Assembly (NCBI GenBank): GCA_001787535.1
Contig: MFXP01000006.1
Location: forward strand, 56,339-120,338
From: Candidatus Peribacteria bacterium RIFCSPHIGHO2_01_FULL_51_35
GTDB lineage: Bacteria > Patescibacteriota > Gracilibacteria > Peribacterales > Peribacteraceae
Direction of reading: 5' to 3'
Length of the DNA stretch: 64,000 nucleotides
Positions 50,690 to 59,813 of the stretch are shown here, one piece after another. The position numbers and the translations under genes were made by a program. A model generated the notes under the pieces. It was not told where the DNA came from. It saw only the letters and a list, made by a program, of their open reading frames with translations, and did no database searches. Each line of letters begins with the position of its first letter. Positions within the stretch are counted from its first letter, which is position 1.

Positions 50690-51364
50690 TTATTTTTCCA
50701 GTTTCTTCAGCACTTCTTGAAATATCCTTGGGAGCGGCGCTTCTATCTTCACTTCCTGTTTCGTAAAAGGATGCAGGAAGGACAGACGTGATGCATGCAA
50801 AAAGAATTTACGGTATTTATATGCTTTGGTGAACGCCACATTGGCCTTCGCATTGCCATACAGAGGATCCAAGATCAACGGACAACGCACACTCTGAAAA
50901 TGCTTGCGGATCTGGTGATGCCGGCCGCTCGTGAATTCCGCTTCCACAAAAGTGACGGTATCGAAACGTTCCAACACGCGATACTTCGTCTCCGCAGGAA
51001 TCAGTTCTTTGGATGCGCGCGCAGGGAGTGGCGTGCGAATGGTCCCCTGCGAGAGCGGCGGCGCACCCGACACCAGCGCACAGTAGGTTTTCCGCACGTG
51101 CAGATCCTCTTCGGATCCTCCGGGCATCATGGCCGCAAGCGCGGCTTTGGTGCGCGCAAAAAGCACAACACCCGATGTCTCGAAATCAAGACGGTTCACG
51201 GGACGGAGTCCCGGAAAATCCTTCTTCAAAAAATCCAGCAGCGGTAGTTTCCCCACGGGACCTTTCCCCCGCACAACCAGTTCGCCGCTCAATTTATGAA
51301 CAGCAAGGAAGTGCTCGTCTTGGTAGAGGATTCTATCGGCGGATATTCGTGCGGATTGGCTCAT
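50690..51364 (-). CDS. RluA-family pseudouridine synthase
   Basis: ILYQDEHFLAVHKLSGELV, PVNRLDFETSGVVLFA (catalytic Asp motif) and HQIRKHF. Start ambiguous (51364, 51376, 51379 or 51397). Confidence 0.85.
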   Translation of the reverse strand: MSQSARISADRILYQDEHFLAVHKLSGELVVRGKGPVGKLPLLDFLKKDFPGLRPVNRLDFETSGVVLFARTKAALAAMMPGGSEEDLHVRKTYCALVSGAPPLSQGTIRTPLPARASKELIPAETKYRVLERFDTVTFVEAEFTSGRHHQIRKHFQSVRCPLILDPLYGNAKANVAFTKAYKYRKFFLHASRLSFLHPFTKQEVKIEAPLPRIFQEVLKKLEK

Positions 51365-51563
51365 AATCAGCCCCATCATCCCCGATGATCGTTGCATCTA
51401 CAAATTCATCTCCGAATTCTTTCTGTGCCCATTCCGGCAGGCTCCCGTACCGATGACGATATTCTTCAAGCAATGCTTTTGTGCCTAAGAAATTTCCAGC
51501 ACAATACGCTTCGATAACTGCATATTCATCGGCATCCTTAATTCCTCCGCGCAATGAGATCAA
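51333..51563 (-). CDS. hypothetical small protein (weak; TTG start)
   Basis: The only ORF in the rluA/DHS gap. It overlaps the possible rluA 5' end. Confidence 0.2.
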   Translation of the reverse strand: MISLRGGIKDADEYAVIEAYCAGNFLGTKALLEEYRHRYGSLPEWAQKEFGDEFVDATIIGDDGADYEPIRTNIRR

Positions 51564-51651
51564 ATTCGTTAAACATAGAATAAATAAGAAGACAGAATTC
51601 TAGGCTCCACAAAGCGAAAATCAAGAGTATTTCTTCGCATTGATCCTAAAC

Positions 51652-52752
51652 TTACAGATCCAAAAGAACGGCTGCAATCCAAGGAAATGCGACCGTCACA
51701 TCGCTCTGAATGATCTGGTAGTAACTTGCCGTGCTCAGCTTGTCCCACGTGATCTTCTCTTTGCCGCCTGCGCCCGAGTACGAGCCGTAGGACATGGGGG
51801 AAGAACCTATTTCCACGAAGCCTGCCCAATCACGAACCCCCTGATAAAGCAGGTCGTGCTTAAGGGACGGGACGATGCAGATGGGGAAATCGGCGGCGAT
51901 ACCTCCACCCAGCTGGAGGAATGCGATGGGAGCATCTTTGGACTCTTCCATGTACCAGTCGTATAAAGAAGTGAAGTACTCCAATCCGCTCTTCATGACT
52001 GTGGGGCTCACCATTTTGCCGTCTTTGCCCTTATATTTCCCGACGTACGTGTAGCTCGCGAAGATGTTGCCCGTGGTTGAATCCTCGAAGCCCGGGATGA
52101 CGATGGGAATATTTTTCTCGTACGCAGCATACGTCCAACTGTCGTTGGGATTTGCGTTCGGATCCGGCCGGATCAATTTCTCCGCGTACAAACGGCGGAA
52201 GTACTCATGCGGAAAGTAGCGCTCCCCTTTCTTCTCCGCATCCTTCCACATTTTGAGGAGAAGCGGCTCCATAATGCGCACGCTCTCGTCTTCAGGCAAA
52301 AACGTATCCGTGATGCGGCGGAGCCCCGCATCACGCAGTTCCGCTTCCTGCTCGGGTGTGAGCTCGGTGTAGCGCGGAATATATGCGTAGTGCGAGTGCG
52401 CGACATAGCGGTAGTACGATTCTTCGTGGTTCGCTCCCGTGGCGGAGATCAGGTGCACTTTTCCCTTGCGAATGAGTTCCGCCAGCGTCACGCCGATTTG
52501 GAACGAGCTGAGCGCCCCTGCGATAGTGACGACCAGCTTGCCGCCGTTATCCAAGTGCTGTTTCAGCCACAGCGCAGCCTGCAGGGTTGCTCCGCCGTTG
52601 CAGTGCCTGAGGGCACGCTCCGCGAAGGTGGAAACCGGTGTCTTACTTTTCTGCACGTCCTGCGACACCGATTGTGTTCCGGTAACGCCGGGCGCTTCCT
52701 CCACGATGTACTTCTTGAGTCCCGCCGATAGCTGATCGAATTTCTTCCTCAT
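51652..52752 (-). CDS. deoxyhypusine synthase-like (DHS/homospermidine synthase-like) protein
   Basis: Start at ATG 52752. VTIAGALSSFQIGV, ISATGANHEES and FLQLGGGIAADFPI fit the DHS family. Confidence 0.75.
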   Translation of the reverse strand: MRKKFDQLSAGLKKYIVEEAPGVTGTQSVSQDVQKSKTPVSTFAERALRHCNGGATLQAALWLKQHLDNGGKLVVTIAGALSSFQIGVTLAELIRKGKVHLISATGANHEESYYRYVAHSHYAYIPRYTELTPEQEAELRDAGLRRITDTFLPEDESVRIMEPLLLKMWKDAEKKGERYFPHEYFRRLYAEKLIRPDPNANPNDSWTYAAYEKNIPIVIPGFEDSTTGNIFASYTYVGKYKGKDGKMVSPTVMKSGLEYFTSLYDWYMEESKDAPIAFLQLGGGIAADFPICIVPSLKHDLLYQGVRDWAGFVEIGSSPMSYGSYSGAGGKEKITWDKLSTASYYQIIQSDVTVAFPWIAAVLLDL

Positions 52753-52814
52753 CGAGAATGTATCGTACACAGTTTCACAACGTGATCAATCCTTTGTGGT
52801 ACACTTTTGCATCC

Positions 52815-53681
52815 ATGGAGAAAAAAATCGTCACGGTCGGCTTGGTACAAATGCAGTGCACTGCCTCTGCGGAAGACAACCTCAAACGCGCACTGCAAAA
52901 AATAGACGAAGCGGCCCAGAAAGGCGCACAGATCGTGTGCTTGCCCGAACTCTTTTTGAGTCCGTACTTCTGCCAACGCCCGGATGACAAAGCAGCGCTG
53001 GAATTGGCAGTGCCGTTGCCCAATGCCGTGACGGAAGCATTGGGCAGGAAAGCCAAAGAACACGGCATCGTGCTGATAGGCGGATCACTGTACGAACTGG
53101 GAAAGGACGGCAAACGCTATAACACGGCTCCCGTGTTCAATACCGATGGCACGATGCTCGGAACGTACCGAAAGACACACATTCCCGAAGACATCTTGTA
53201 TCACGAGCAGCATTACTTCGAACCAGGAAACACCGGCATCAAAATTTTTGATACACCCTTCGGAAAAGTCTGCCCGCTGATCTGCTTCGACCAATGGTTT
53301 CCGGAGGCAGCCCGCATCGCAACGCTGAATGGAGCCGAAATCATCTTCTATCCCACTGCCATTGGAACCATTGATGATGAAGTGGAAGAAAACATCACAG
53401 GCGATTGGGAGCAGATGTGGCGCAGCGTCCAAGTGGGACACGGAGCCGCAAATTCCGTGTATATCGCCGCAGTGAATCGTGTCGGCAAAGAAGACCATAT
53501 CAACTTTTGGGGAGGATCGTTCATTGCCGACCCTGCCGGACAAGTTCTGGTAAAAGGCGACGACAAAGAATCGACCATTATCGCAGAGTGCGATTTGAAC
53601 CGCGTGAAAGCATTGCAGGATGCATGGCGATTCTTAAACAATAGAAGACCGGACGTGTATCACGATCTCACAAAATTGTAA
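52815..53681 (+). CDS. aguB: N-carbamoylputrescine amidase (carbon-nitrogen hydrolase family)
   Basis: VGLVQMQC....NL......I.EAA.KGAQIVCLPELF, YRKTHIPE and ICFDQWFPE (E-K-C triad context). Confidence 0.85.
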   Translation: MEKKIVTVGLVQMQCTASAEDNLKRALQKIDEAAQKGAQIVCLPELFLSPYFCQRPDDKAALELAVPLPNAVTEALGRKAKEHGIVLIGGSLYELGKDGKRYNTAPVFNTDGTMLGTYRKTHIPEDILYHEQHYFEPGNTGIKIFDTPFGKVCPLICFDQWFPEAARIATLNGAEIIFYPTAIGTIDDEVEENITGDWEQMWRSVQVGHGAANSVYIAAVNRVGKEDHINFWGGSFIADPAGQVLVKGDDKESTIIAECDLNRVKALQDAWRFLNNRRPDVYHDLTKL

Positions 53682-53773
53682 TGTTACATTGTTATATTGC
53701 TATATTGTTCGCAAGCGAAACGTTCGGTCTCTGCGTGGCTAACAATATGACAATTTAGCAATATAACAATAAC
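53681..53773. repeat. ATTGTTAT-family long inverted repeat (copy 3 of 3)
   Basis: atgttacattgttatattgctatattgttcgcaagcga - loop - ggctaacaatatgacaatttagcaatataacaataacc. Confidence 0.85.
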
Positions 53774-53783
53774 CATTCTTGTT

Positions 53784-54821
53784 ATGACTCCAAATTTCTC
53801 AACTCCTTCCACCGACTACCGCATGCCCGCTGAGTGGGAACCCCATGCCGCCACCTGGCTCACCTGGCCGCATGATGAAGCGCACTGGCCGGGACTTTTT
53901 GAAAAGATTCCACCTATCTGGGCACGCATCACGAAGGAATTGATTGCCGGAGAAGATGTTCACATTTTGATCCATGACACAAAGACCGAGAAAATCGCCG
54001 AGAAAGAACTGAAGGATGCCGGAGCGACCGGCGATCGGATCCATTTGCACCGCGTGCTGAATAATTTTTCCTGGGCGCGCGACCACGGACCCATCTTTGT
54101 GAAGAATGCGAACGGTGATGTGCGGATTACGCATTGGATGTACAACGCCTGGGGGGAAAAGTGGATGTATGACATGGACGAGCATATCCCATCGATCGTA
54201 TCCAAGCTGATCGACATGCCGGAAACGCGCATTCCGATGGTTTTGGAAGGCGGATCCATCGATGTGAACGGAAAGGGCAGTCTGCTGACGACAACATCCT
54301 GTCTGCTGCACAAAAACAGGAATCCTCAGTTAAAAAAGAATCAAATCGAGCAGCATTTGAAGGAACATCTGGGTGTCACCAATGTCCTCTGGCTCGGCGA
54401 CGGCATCGTTGGTGATGATACGAACGGCCACATAGATGACATGACACGCTTCATCGGTGAAAAAGAAATCTTCACTGTCATCGAAGAAAATAAAGACGAT
54501 GAAAATCATGCTCCTCTGAAAGCAAACTTGGATCTTTTGAAAGAAATGACTGATCAAGATGGGAATCCTTTCATGATCCATGCCGTTCCGATGCCAGCTC
54601 CACTCTTTCATGAAGGCATCCGCCTGCCTGCCAGCTACTCCAACTTTTACATAGGCAATGCTGTAGTGCTCCTGCCTGTTTTTAATGATCTCCACGACAG
54701 CGAAGCGATCAACGTGCTGAAAAAAGCATTTCCCACTCGAAAGATTGTGCCCATCGATGCCCGGGATCTTGTGTGGGGATTTGGCGCATTTCATTGTGTC
54801 ACTCAACAACAGCCGACATAG
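53784..54821 (+). CDS. aguA: agmatine deiminase
   Basis: YRMPAEWEPHAATWLTWPH, GGSIDVNGKGSLLTT, NGHIDDMTRF and GAFHCVTQQQP (catalytic Cys). Confidence 0.9.
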   Translation: MTPNFSTPSTDYRMPAEWEPHAATWLTWPHDEAHWPGLFEKIPPIWARITKELIAGEDVHILIHDTKTEKIAEKELKDAGATGDRIHLHRVLNNFSWARDHGPIFVKNANGDVRITHWMYNAWGEKWMYDMDEHIPSIVSKLIDMPETRIPMVLEGGSIDVNGKGSLLTTTSCLLHKNRNPQLKKNQIEQHLKEHLGVTNVLWLGDGIVGDDTNGHIDDMTRFIGEKEIFTVIEENKDDENHAPLKANLDLLKEMTDQDGNPFMIHAVPMPAPLFHEGIRLPASYSNFYIGNAVVLLPVFNDLHDSEAINVLKKAFPTRKIVPIDARDLVWGFGAFHCVTQQQPT

Positions 54822-54860
54822 ATTGAAAAGAATCACTAAAGCGTGTATTCTCTGCCGTCT

Positions 54861-55565
54861 ATGAGCAAAGAACACCCGCAGCAGGATGCCAAGCCGGAGC
54901 ACGGCAAACGCGACGAGTTCCTCTCCAAAACCGGAGAGAAGGCAGAGGAGTATGCGAAGGATTATTTTTCAAAAGTCAAAGAAGCACATGCGGAAGATCA
55001 CTGCCAAGGCTGCCACAATCGTGTGAACAAGACGGAGAAGATGGTGAAGACGACCTTGATCGTGAGCATTCTCGCGTTTCTGCTTTCGACTGCTTCGCTC
55101 GCTCTCCCCTTTCTTACATCCGATGCCGTGCAATTCAGCCCGAAGGAATGGGAACAATTTCTGACAACACTGGAAGAAAGTTTGAAAACAGAAACGCCGG
55201 CAGTTCCGCCGCCGGCAGGTGCATCAACACAGAAGCCGGCGCCGAGCAAACCCGTGACAAATAAACCTGCTTCCTCGGCACAGCAAAGCTCACTGATGGC
55301 AGCAGCGGTTTCCAGTCGTGCACAGAGTTCGACCGCTGTCATAACAAGTTCTTCGCGCGTCGCTGTTGGCGATGGGGTGCAATCGAGCAGTGAACAAGTG
55401 ACAAACTCCAGCCAAGCAAGCAGTGAAACAGCACAGGAAAGCAGCGTCGCCCAATCTTCCACTGCAGAACGCTCATCTGTTCCTCCGGCAGATGGCGGTG
55501 CCGGGATGGGAAAGGATCCGGGCACTCTAAAACCATGGTGGACGATACTGGGTTCGAACCAGTGA
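54861..55565 (+). CDS. hypothetical membrane-anchored Ser/Thr/Ala-rich protein
   Basis: One TM helix (TTLIVSILAFLLSTASLALPF) followed by a low-complexity S/T/A/Q-rich region. The 3' end overlaps tRNA-Val by 30 nt on the opposite strand. Confidence 0.45.
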   Translation: MSKEHPQQDAKPEHGKRDEFLSKTGEKAEEYAKDYFSKVKEAHAEDHCQGCHNRVNKTEKMVKTTLIVSILAFLLSTASLALPFLTSDAVQFSPKEWEQFLTTLEESLKTETPAVPPPAGASTQKPAPSKPVTNKPASSAQQSSLMAAAVSSRAQSSTAVITSSSRVAVGDGVQSSSEQVTNSSQASSETAQESSVAQSSTAERSSVPPADGGAGMGKDPGTLKPWWTILGSNQ

Positions 55566-55612
55566 CCTTACGAATGTGAATCGTACGCTCTAACCAGCTG
55601 AGCTAATCGTCC
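55536..55612 (-). tRNA. tRNA-Val (anticodon CAC), CCA encoded
   Basis: Reverse complement GGACGATTAGCTCAGCTGGTTAGAGCG-TACGA-TTCACAT-TCGTA..GGTTCGAACCC..ATCGTCCACCA. Confidence 0.9.
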
Positions 55613-55636
55613 ATAAGTCCTGCGAGGAAGTGAAGG

Positions 55637-55717
55637 AACCAGCTGCCTGTCCGTCCCCGCCTGCCGGCAGGCAGGTAGGCGTAGCCCAAAGGGCGGAGGC
55701 GGAAGCTAATCGTCCAT
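55637..55717 (-). pseudogene. pseudo 5' fragment of tRNA-Val interrupted by a 58-nt GC-rich palindromic element
   Basis: aaccagctg (55637-55645) and agctaatcgtccat (55704-55717) duplicate the contiguous tRNA segment 55591-55613. The insert is cctgtccgtccccgcctgccggcaggcaggtaggcgtagcccaaagggcggaggcgga. Confidence 0.75.
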
Positions 55718-55784
55718 TTCGAAGTCGATTGTACGTTTATTTTAAGCATCATCCAAACATCCTAAACGCATTTTAATGTGGATA

Positions 55785-55812
55785 TTGACAATACATACAT
55801 TTTATATATTAT
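55785..55812 (+). promoter_or_regulatory. sigma70-type promoter candidate giving a leaderless mRNA
   Basis: TTGACA (55785-55790), 16 nt spacer, TATTAT (55807-55812). The ATG at 55819 lies 6 nt after the -10 hexamer and there is no SD. Confidence 0.4.
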
Positions 55813-55818
55813 TATTAC

Positions 55819-56445
55819 ATGCCCGAACACCTGCGCAACGCATCGGATGAAGAGAGTGGGTTACCAATTAATACTCTCCTCCTAGAGATTGTTTTCAAGA
55901 GACATAAAGACATACAAGCATTTTGCATGGCACACAAAGAACTTGGCGAAGGTGCCGTTCGGAATATGAAACTTCTCTTGAAAAGGAAATTATCTCCCTT
56001 TGATACGCGAGGGAACTACCGAGGCATCGCAAAGCAACTCTGCAAAGCCACGGGCTACGATCCAGAGACGCTGTTTCCCAAAGAATTGTACGTACAATCC
56101 GAACCCGCAGAAATTCCTTTCGCTTCCAACCCCAAGGGGTTGAAACAAAAATTAGCGTCAGCACGCGTGCCGGAAGAGCCAGAAATAGTGGCCTTGAGGA
56201 AAAGTGAAAATTTCCATCGAGATATTGATAAAATATTAGAGCCACTCACCACGCGTGACGGAGAAATTTTGAAAGATTATTTTGGATTAAATGAAGAAAG
56301 AGAAAGAAAGTCATTGGAACTCATTGCGCACGAAAGGGAAATTTCATTTGTAAGGGCGCGCAACATTGTTGTGAAAGGCATCAACGAACTGCAGCGCATT
56401 GCAAAGAACGATTTGAAAAAATACGTGGAGGAAGATGACGCATAA
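55819..56445 (+). CDS. sigma-70 region-4-like HTH protein (no recognisable region 2)
   Basis: C-terminal LTTRDGEILKDYFGLNEERERKSLELIAHEREISFVRARNIVVKGINELQRIAK fits the sigma region 4.2 pattern. The N-terminal 130 aa are unassigned. Confidence 0.55.
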   Translation: MPEHLRNASDEESGLPINTLLLEIVFKRHKDIQAFCMAHKELGEGAVRNMKLLLKRKLSPFDTRGNYRGIAKQLCKATGYDPETLFPKELYVQSEPAEIPFASNPKGLKQKLASARVPEEPEIVALRKSENFHRDIDKILEPLTTRDGEILKDYFGLNEERERKSLELIAHEREISFVRARNIVVKGINELQRIAKNDLKKYVEEDDA

Positions 56446-56452
56446 GTCAGAA

Positions 56453-57037
56453 CTACGAAGCAAACTCGGGATCCTTCGACAAGCGACTCTCTTCCGGCAA
56501 CACCTGCCCCTGGTACTTGCTGAACGGTTTCATGTTGTAGGGCATCTCCGCAGGACTCGTCATCATTTCAAACGCCAGCTGGCAAATGCGCATGCCGGGA
56601 TACAAGGCGACGGGCATGCGGTTGAGGTTGCTGATTTCCAGCGTGATAGTTCCGGAGAAGCCGGGATCCACAAAACCTGCCGTGGAGTGGATGATGATGC
56701 CCAGGCGACCGAGAGAACTTCTGCCTTCCACACGGACGACAAGATCGTCCGGCACCGTGAGCGTTTCCATGGTGACGCCCAGGACGAACTCCCCTGGCTG
56801 GACAATAAAAGGGTCGCCGTCCGGCACCGTGATGGTGCGCATGTTGCCGGCGACGGTTTCGGGATTTTTGGGATCCAACACTGCGAACTTGCTGTGTTCG
56901 TAGAGCTTGAAGATGTTGCCCAACCGCAGATCCATGGAGGACGCATGGATGTGGCGAAACAGTTCCTTTTGCGGAGACTCGACCTTTACGCGGCCGCTGT
57001 CCAAAGCCTTCTTGATGTCACGATCGGATAAAATCAT
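56453..57037 (-). CDS. dcd: dCTP deaminase
   Basis: Start reassigned to MILSDRDI. SSMDLRLG, VEGRSSLGRLG and HSTAGFVDPGFSG.ITLE motifs. Confidence 0.92.
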   Translation of the reverse strand: MILSDRDIKKALDSGRVKVESPQKELFRHIHASSMDLRLGNIFKLYEHSKFAVLDPKNPETVAGNMRTITVPDGDPFIVQPGEFVLGVTMETLTVPDDLVVRVEGRSSLGRLGIIIHSTAGFVDPGFSGTITLEISNLNRMPVALYPGMRICQLAFEMMTSPAEMPYNMKPFSKYQGQVLPEESRLSKDPEFAS

Positions 57038-57118
57038 ACGAGAAGCGTACCATACAATGAAAAAGTGCAAGAGCTTTGCATGGATGCGGATGTTCCTTGC
57101 GGTATAATTCCCTTCCCA

Positions 57119-58927
57119 ATGAGCAATACGACCGCCGAACTCGAGCAGGATTTTGCATCTCCCAAAGAATGGGAGAAGGGCAACAAGGAACCCAAAGAAC
57201 TTGCGGAACAGCGCGATATCATTCGACGGGCGTGTTTACGAAAGGTGGAATTGGCCACGACATCCTCCATCCTCAAAAGCGCCGACGTAAAAGCATACCG
57301 GGAGATGGTGCTTTCGGAATCATCCTTTGAGCTTGTCGGCATGACCACGCACGAGGAGAAAATCAAAGCATTGCGAGAAAACCTTCATACGATGATCCCA
57401 AAGATTATTGATGATGCCCGCGACCTGGAACGTGAATTCAATTCACTTCTTACGACAGCCAAGGAATCGGGCGGCATCAGTGCCGACGGCGCAGAGCGCT
57501 GGCTCGCAAGGCTCCGCGATGACAAGGTCATCTATATGAAAAAGAAGGAATTCGTGAAGAATACGTTTAAAGAATATGTGCATAACTGGGTGGAGGTCGG
57601 CAGAGACATGAAAACGGTTCAGGAGAAAAAAGCGAAATTGAAACTCTCGGAGGACACGGTGCCGGAATTGAAACCTCTCAAGGCAGCCGGTTTCCTGGAT
57701 TCCCATTACCTCTTCAAACGCGATCGTGTGAATGCGGCATTGGCAGCCATCGCAGCCATCGAGAAGGGGGCATACAAGAGCGAAAAATTGGATGACCCAA
57801 GCCTCTACGACAAAGCGAAAACCATGCTGGTGAAAGCGGCCAAATCCGATGGCGTGCTCTCCGAATGGAAGATCGGCGAATGGATGAAAAAGATTTTCCA
57901 AAGCAACGCAAAGCCGGAAACGATCCGCGCATTCATCATGGGCAACGAACAAACATCGTTGCGCGGGCTCATCCGCAATTGGACAAAAGTCCGGTCGGAA
58001 TTCGATGATGTGGAGAATAAGAGGAAGGACTTGGGGACGCCGCGCACGTTCCACTTCGTGCACTTGGATGTCTTTCTTGGTTGGCACTACGAGCGTCGCC
58101 GAGCGTACGTTGCGGAAGCCAATAATCGCTTCAAGGACATCGATAAAGAGCCCTACATTTTCCTGAAGATTCGCCACGCGTTGGACGCGAAAGACTGGGA
58201 AGAGGCGGATGAGCTGATCGTGCGGGCGGAACCGGGTGCAAAAACTTCCGAGCACAGAGAGAAGCTCGATTCCATGAAAAAATATCTGCGCGAGCATCGG
58301 GGCAGCGCATCAAAAGAAGAGCATTCGATCAACGAAGTCTTCGAAGCGAACGAAAATATCAAACAGGCGCTTTCCGGTTTGCCCTCGGATTCGATCAAAA
58401 ATCGTTTCCTCCTGGCCATGCGGTACGATTACCAAACCCTCTGGGCGCTCTGCACGATGTACTACAACTGGGAATGGTGCCGCCAGCGCGGGTTCAGCAG
58501 TGATGAAAAGGATGTGGAGTTCGAGAAGATCGCAAAGGAAGAAACATACGATCATTTGGAACATGGTCAGCCGGACGACTACGCAATCAATGATTTTACG
58601 TCGGACACAGCTACGGAACCCGCTGCCCGCTCGGCAAACGACACGAAATCCCCGCAAGTCATCCACTTGAACCAAACGACGGACAACGGCGCGCTCCTCA
58701 CGTACGTGCATCACAATCGCAACAACCGAGCGGTGTGGTACTGGACGCGCTTCGTGGAAAAGGACGTCCCCTTCGAGAAAATCCAGGAAATGATCCAGCA
58801 TGTCCAACCGATGATGAAAAAGAGCATGCGCACCTTGGAAAAACATGGTTATGGATTCGGCATGAACGGCCCGCAGAAGAAAAATGCATCGCTGTATGAG
58901 CGAACGCTGAAAACGTCTAGAAATTAG
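57119..58927 (+). CDS. large hypothetical protein (602 aa), helical, no recognised domain
   Basis: Long uninterrupted ORF with protein-like composition. ATG at 57119 chosen to avoid overlap with dcd. Confidence 0.6.
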   Translation: MSNTTAELEQDFASPKEWEKGNKEPKELAEQRDIIRRACLRKVELATTSSILKSADVKAYREMVLSESSFELVGMTTHEEKIKALRENLHTMIPKIIDDARDLEREFNSLLTTAKESGGISADGAERWLARLRDDKVIYMKKKEFVKNTFKEYVHNWVEVGRDMKTVQEKKAKLKLSEDTVPELKPLKAAGFLDSHYLFKRDRVNAALAAIAAIEKGAYKSEKLDDPSLYDKAKTMLVKAAKSDGVLSEWKIGEWMKKIFQSNAKPETIRAFIMGNEQTSLRGLIRNWTKVRSEFDDVENKRKDLGTPRTFHFVHLDVFLGWHYERRRAYVAEANNRFKDIDKEPYIFLKIRHALDAKDWEEADELIVRAEPGAKTSEHREKLDSMKKYLREHRGSASKEEHSINEVFEANENIKQALSGLPSDSIKNRFLLAMRYDYQTLWALCTMYYNWEWCRQRGFSSDEKDVEFEKIAKEETYDHLEHGQPDDYAINDFTSDTATEPAARSANDTKSPQVIHLNQTTDNGALLTYVHHNRNNRAVWYWTRFVEKDVPFEKIQEMIQHVQPMMKKSMRTLEKHGYGFGMNGPQKKNASLYERTLKTSRN

Positions 58928-58949
58928 ATTTTTTTAGCAAGAAGAACGG

Positions 58950-58987
58950 GATTGCCGCCTTGAAAAATTTCCGTCGCGCAACTTGGA
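58950..58987. repeat. repeat module shared with 10517-10555
   Basis: gattgccgccttgaaaaatttccgtcgcgcaacttgga versus gatcgccgccttgaaaaatttccgtagcgcaacttga. Confidence 0.8.
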
Positions 58988-59003
58988 GAGCAGAGTCTTA
59001 GGT

Positions 59004-59172
59004 GGTGGCGCGCCACGGGGGGTGAAGGGGAAGACCCAGCTTCACGCCGCAGCGTGGACGACGAGTCGGCTCCGAAGCCTTGGAGGAGCCGACGAGGAGG
59101 TGCTGGGTCGGGTGGAGGGGCTATTGGCGCGCCGGCGTTTTGGCTCCACCTTTGTCGCCGGACAAAGGTGGA
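59004..59172 (+). repeat. 169-nt structured repeat element, copy B (candidate ncRNA or MITE-like element)
   Basis: Same termini as copy A. Helices acccagc/gctgggt, cacgc/gcgtg and gtcggctcc/ggagccgac replace cccctgt/acagggg, ccgtcccgc/gcgggacgg and gccgagcc/ggctcggc. The loop gaagccttgga is identical. Confidence 0.8.
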
Positions 59173-59237
59173 TACCTAAAGATGGCAGAGAACCAAGAGA
59201 GTTGTGACCTCCAATTCACCGTGTACAATAGCCGCCT

Positions 59238-59813
59238 ATGAAAAAATCCCTCCCTCTTCTTGCTGCATTATCCCTCGCTGCCTGCTCCGGCGCAGCGGGC
59301 ACTGTGACATTGGAACAGAATCTGCAAAATCCTCTCTACGCGGAACAGTATTATGATGTCCTGCTCGATCGCATGGTCGAACTCGACATTCAGGATGATC
59401 CACTGATGCAAGATGCAAGCAAAGCTGCTCTCGTGGAAGACACGCGCCTGGATGCCTTAAAAAAGGCGAAAGAAGCCACGCAGCGCCAGCGGGAAGGGGC
59501 GACCGGGCAATTTATCGGCGCAGGGGAAGAAGTGCGCGGTGAGGCGCTGTACGCGAACAACATGCTCTATTTTGGCCCGACGTTCGAGACATACCCAGGT
59601 CCGGAGCTGCATGCGTTCCTCTCCACGGTGGTCGACCCGAGAGACGTAGAGTTCCCGGATGGCTCAAGTTTGGATCTTGGACGAGTGGAATCGGCCTTCG
59701 GCGCCCAAAGCATGGCGGTGCCGGAAGTGGAAAATCCCCTGCTCTACCGCACAGCTGTCCTCTGGGACACGAAGCTGGAACGACTCTACGGGTTCGCGCA
59801 GCTTGCGAAGTAA
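59238..59813 (+). CDS. hypothetical lipoprotein
   Basis: MKKSLPLLAALSLAAC lipobox signal peptide. No other motif. Confidence 0.6.
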   Translation: MKKSLPLLAALSLAACSGAAGTVTLEQNLQNPLYAEQYYDVLLDRMVELDIQDDPLMQDASKAALVEDTRLDALKKAKEATQRQREGATGQFIGAGEEVRGEALYANNMLYFGPTFETYPGPELHAFLSTVVDPRDVEFPDGSSLDLGRVESAFGAQSMAVPEVENPLLYRTAVLWDTKLERLYGFAQLAK

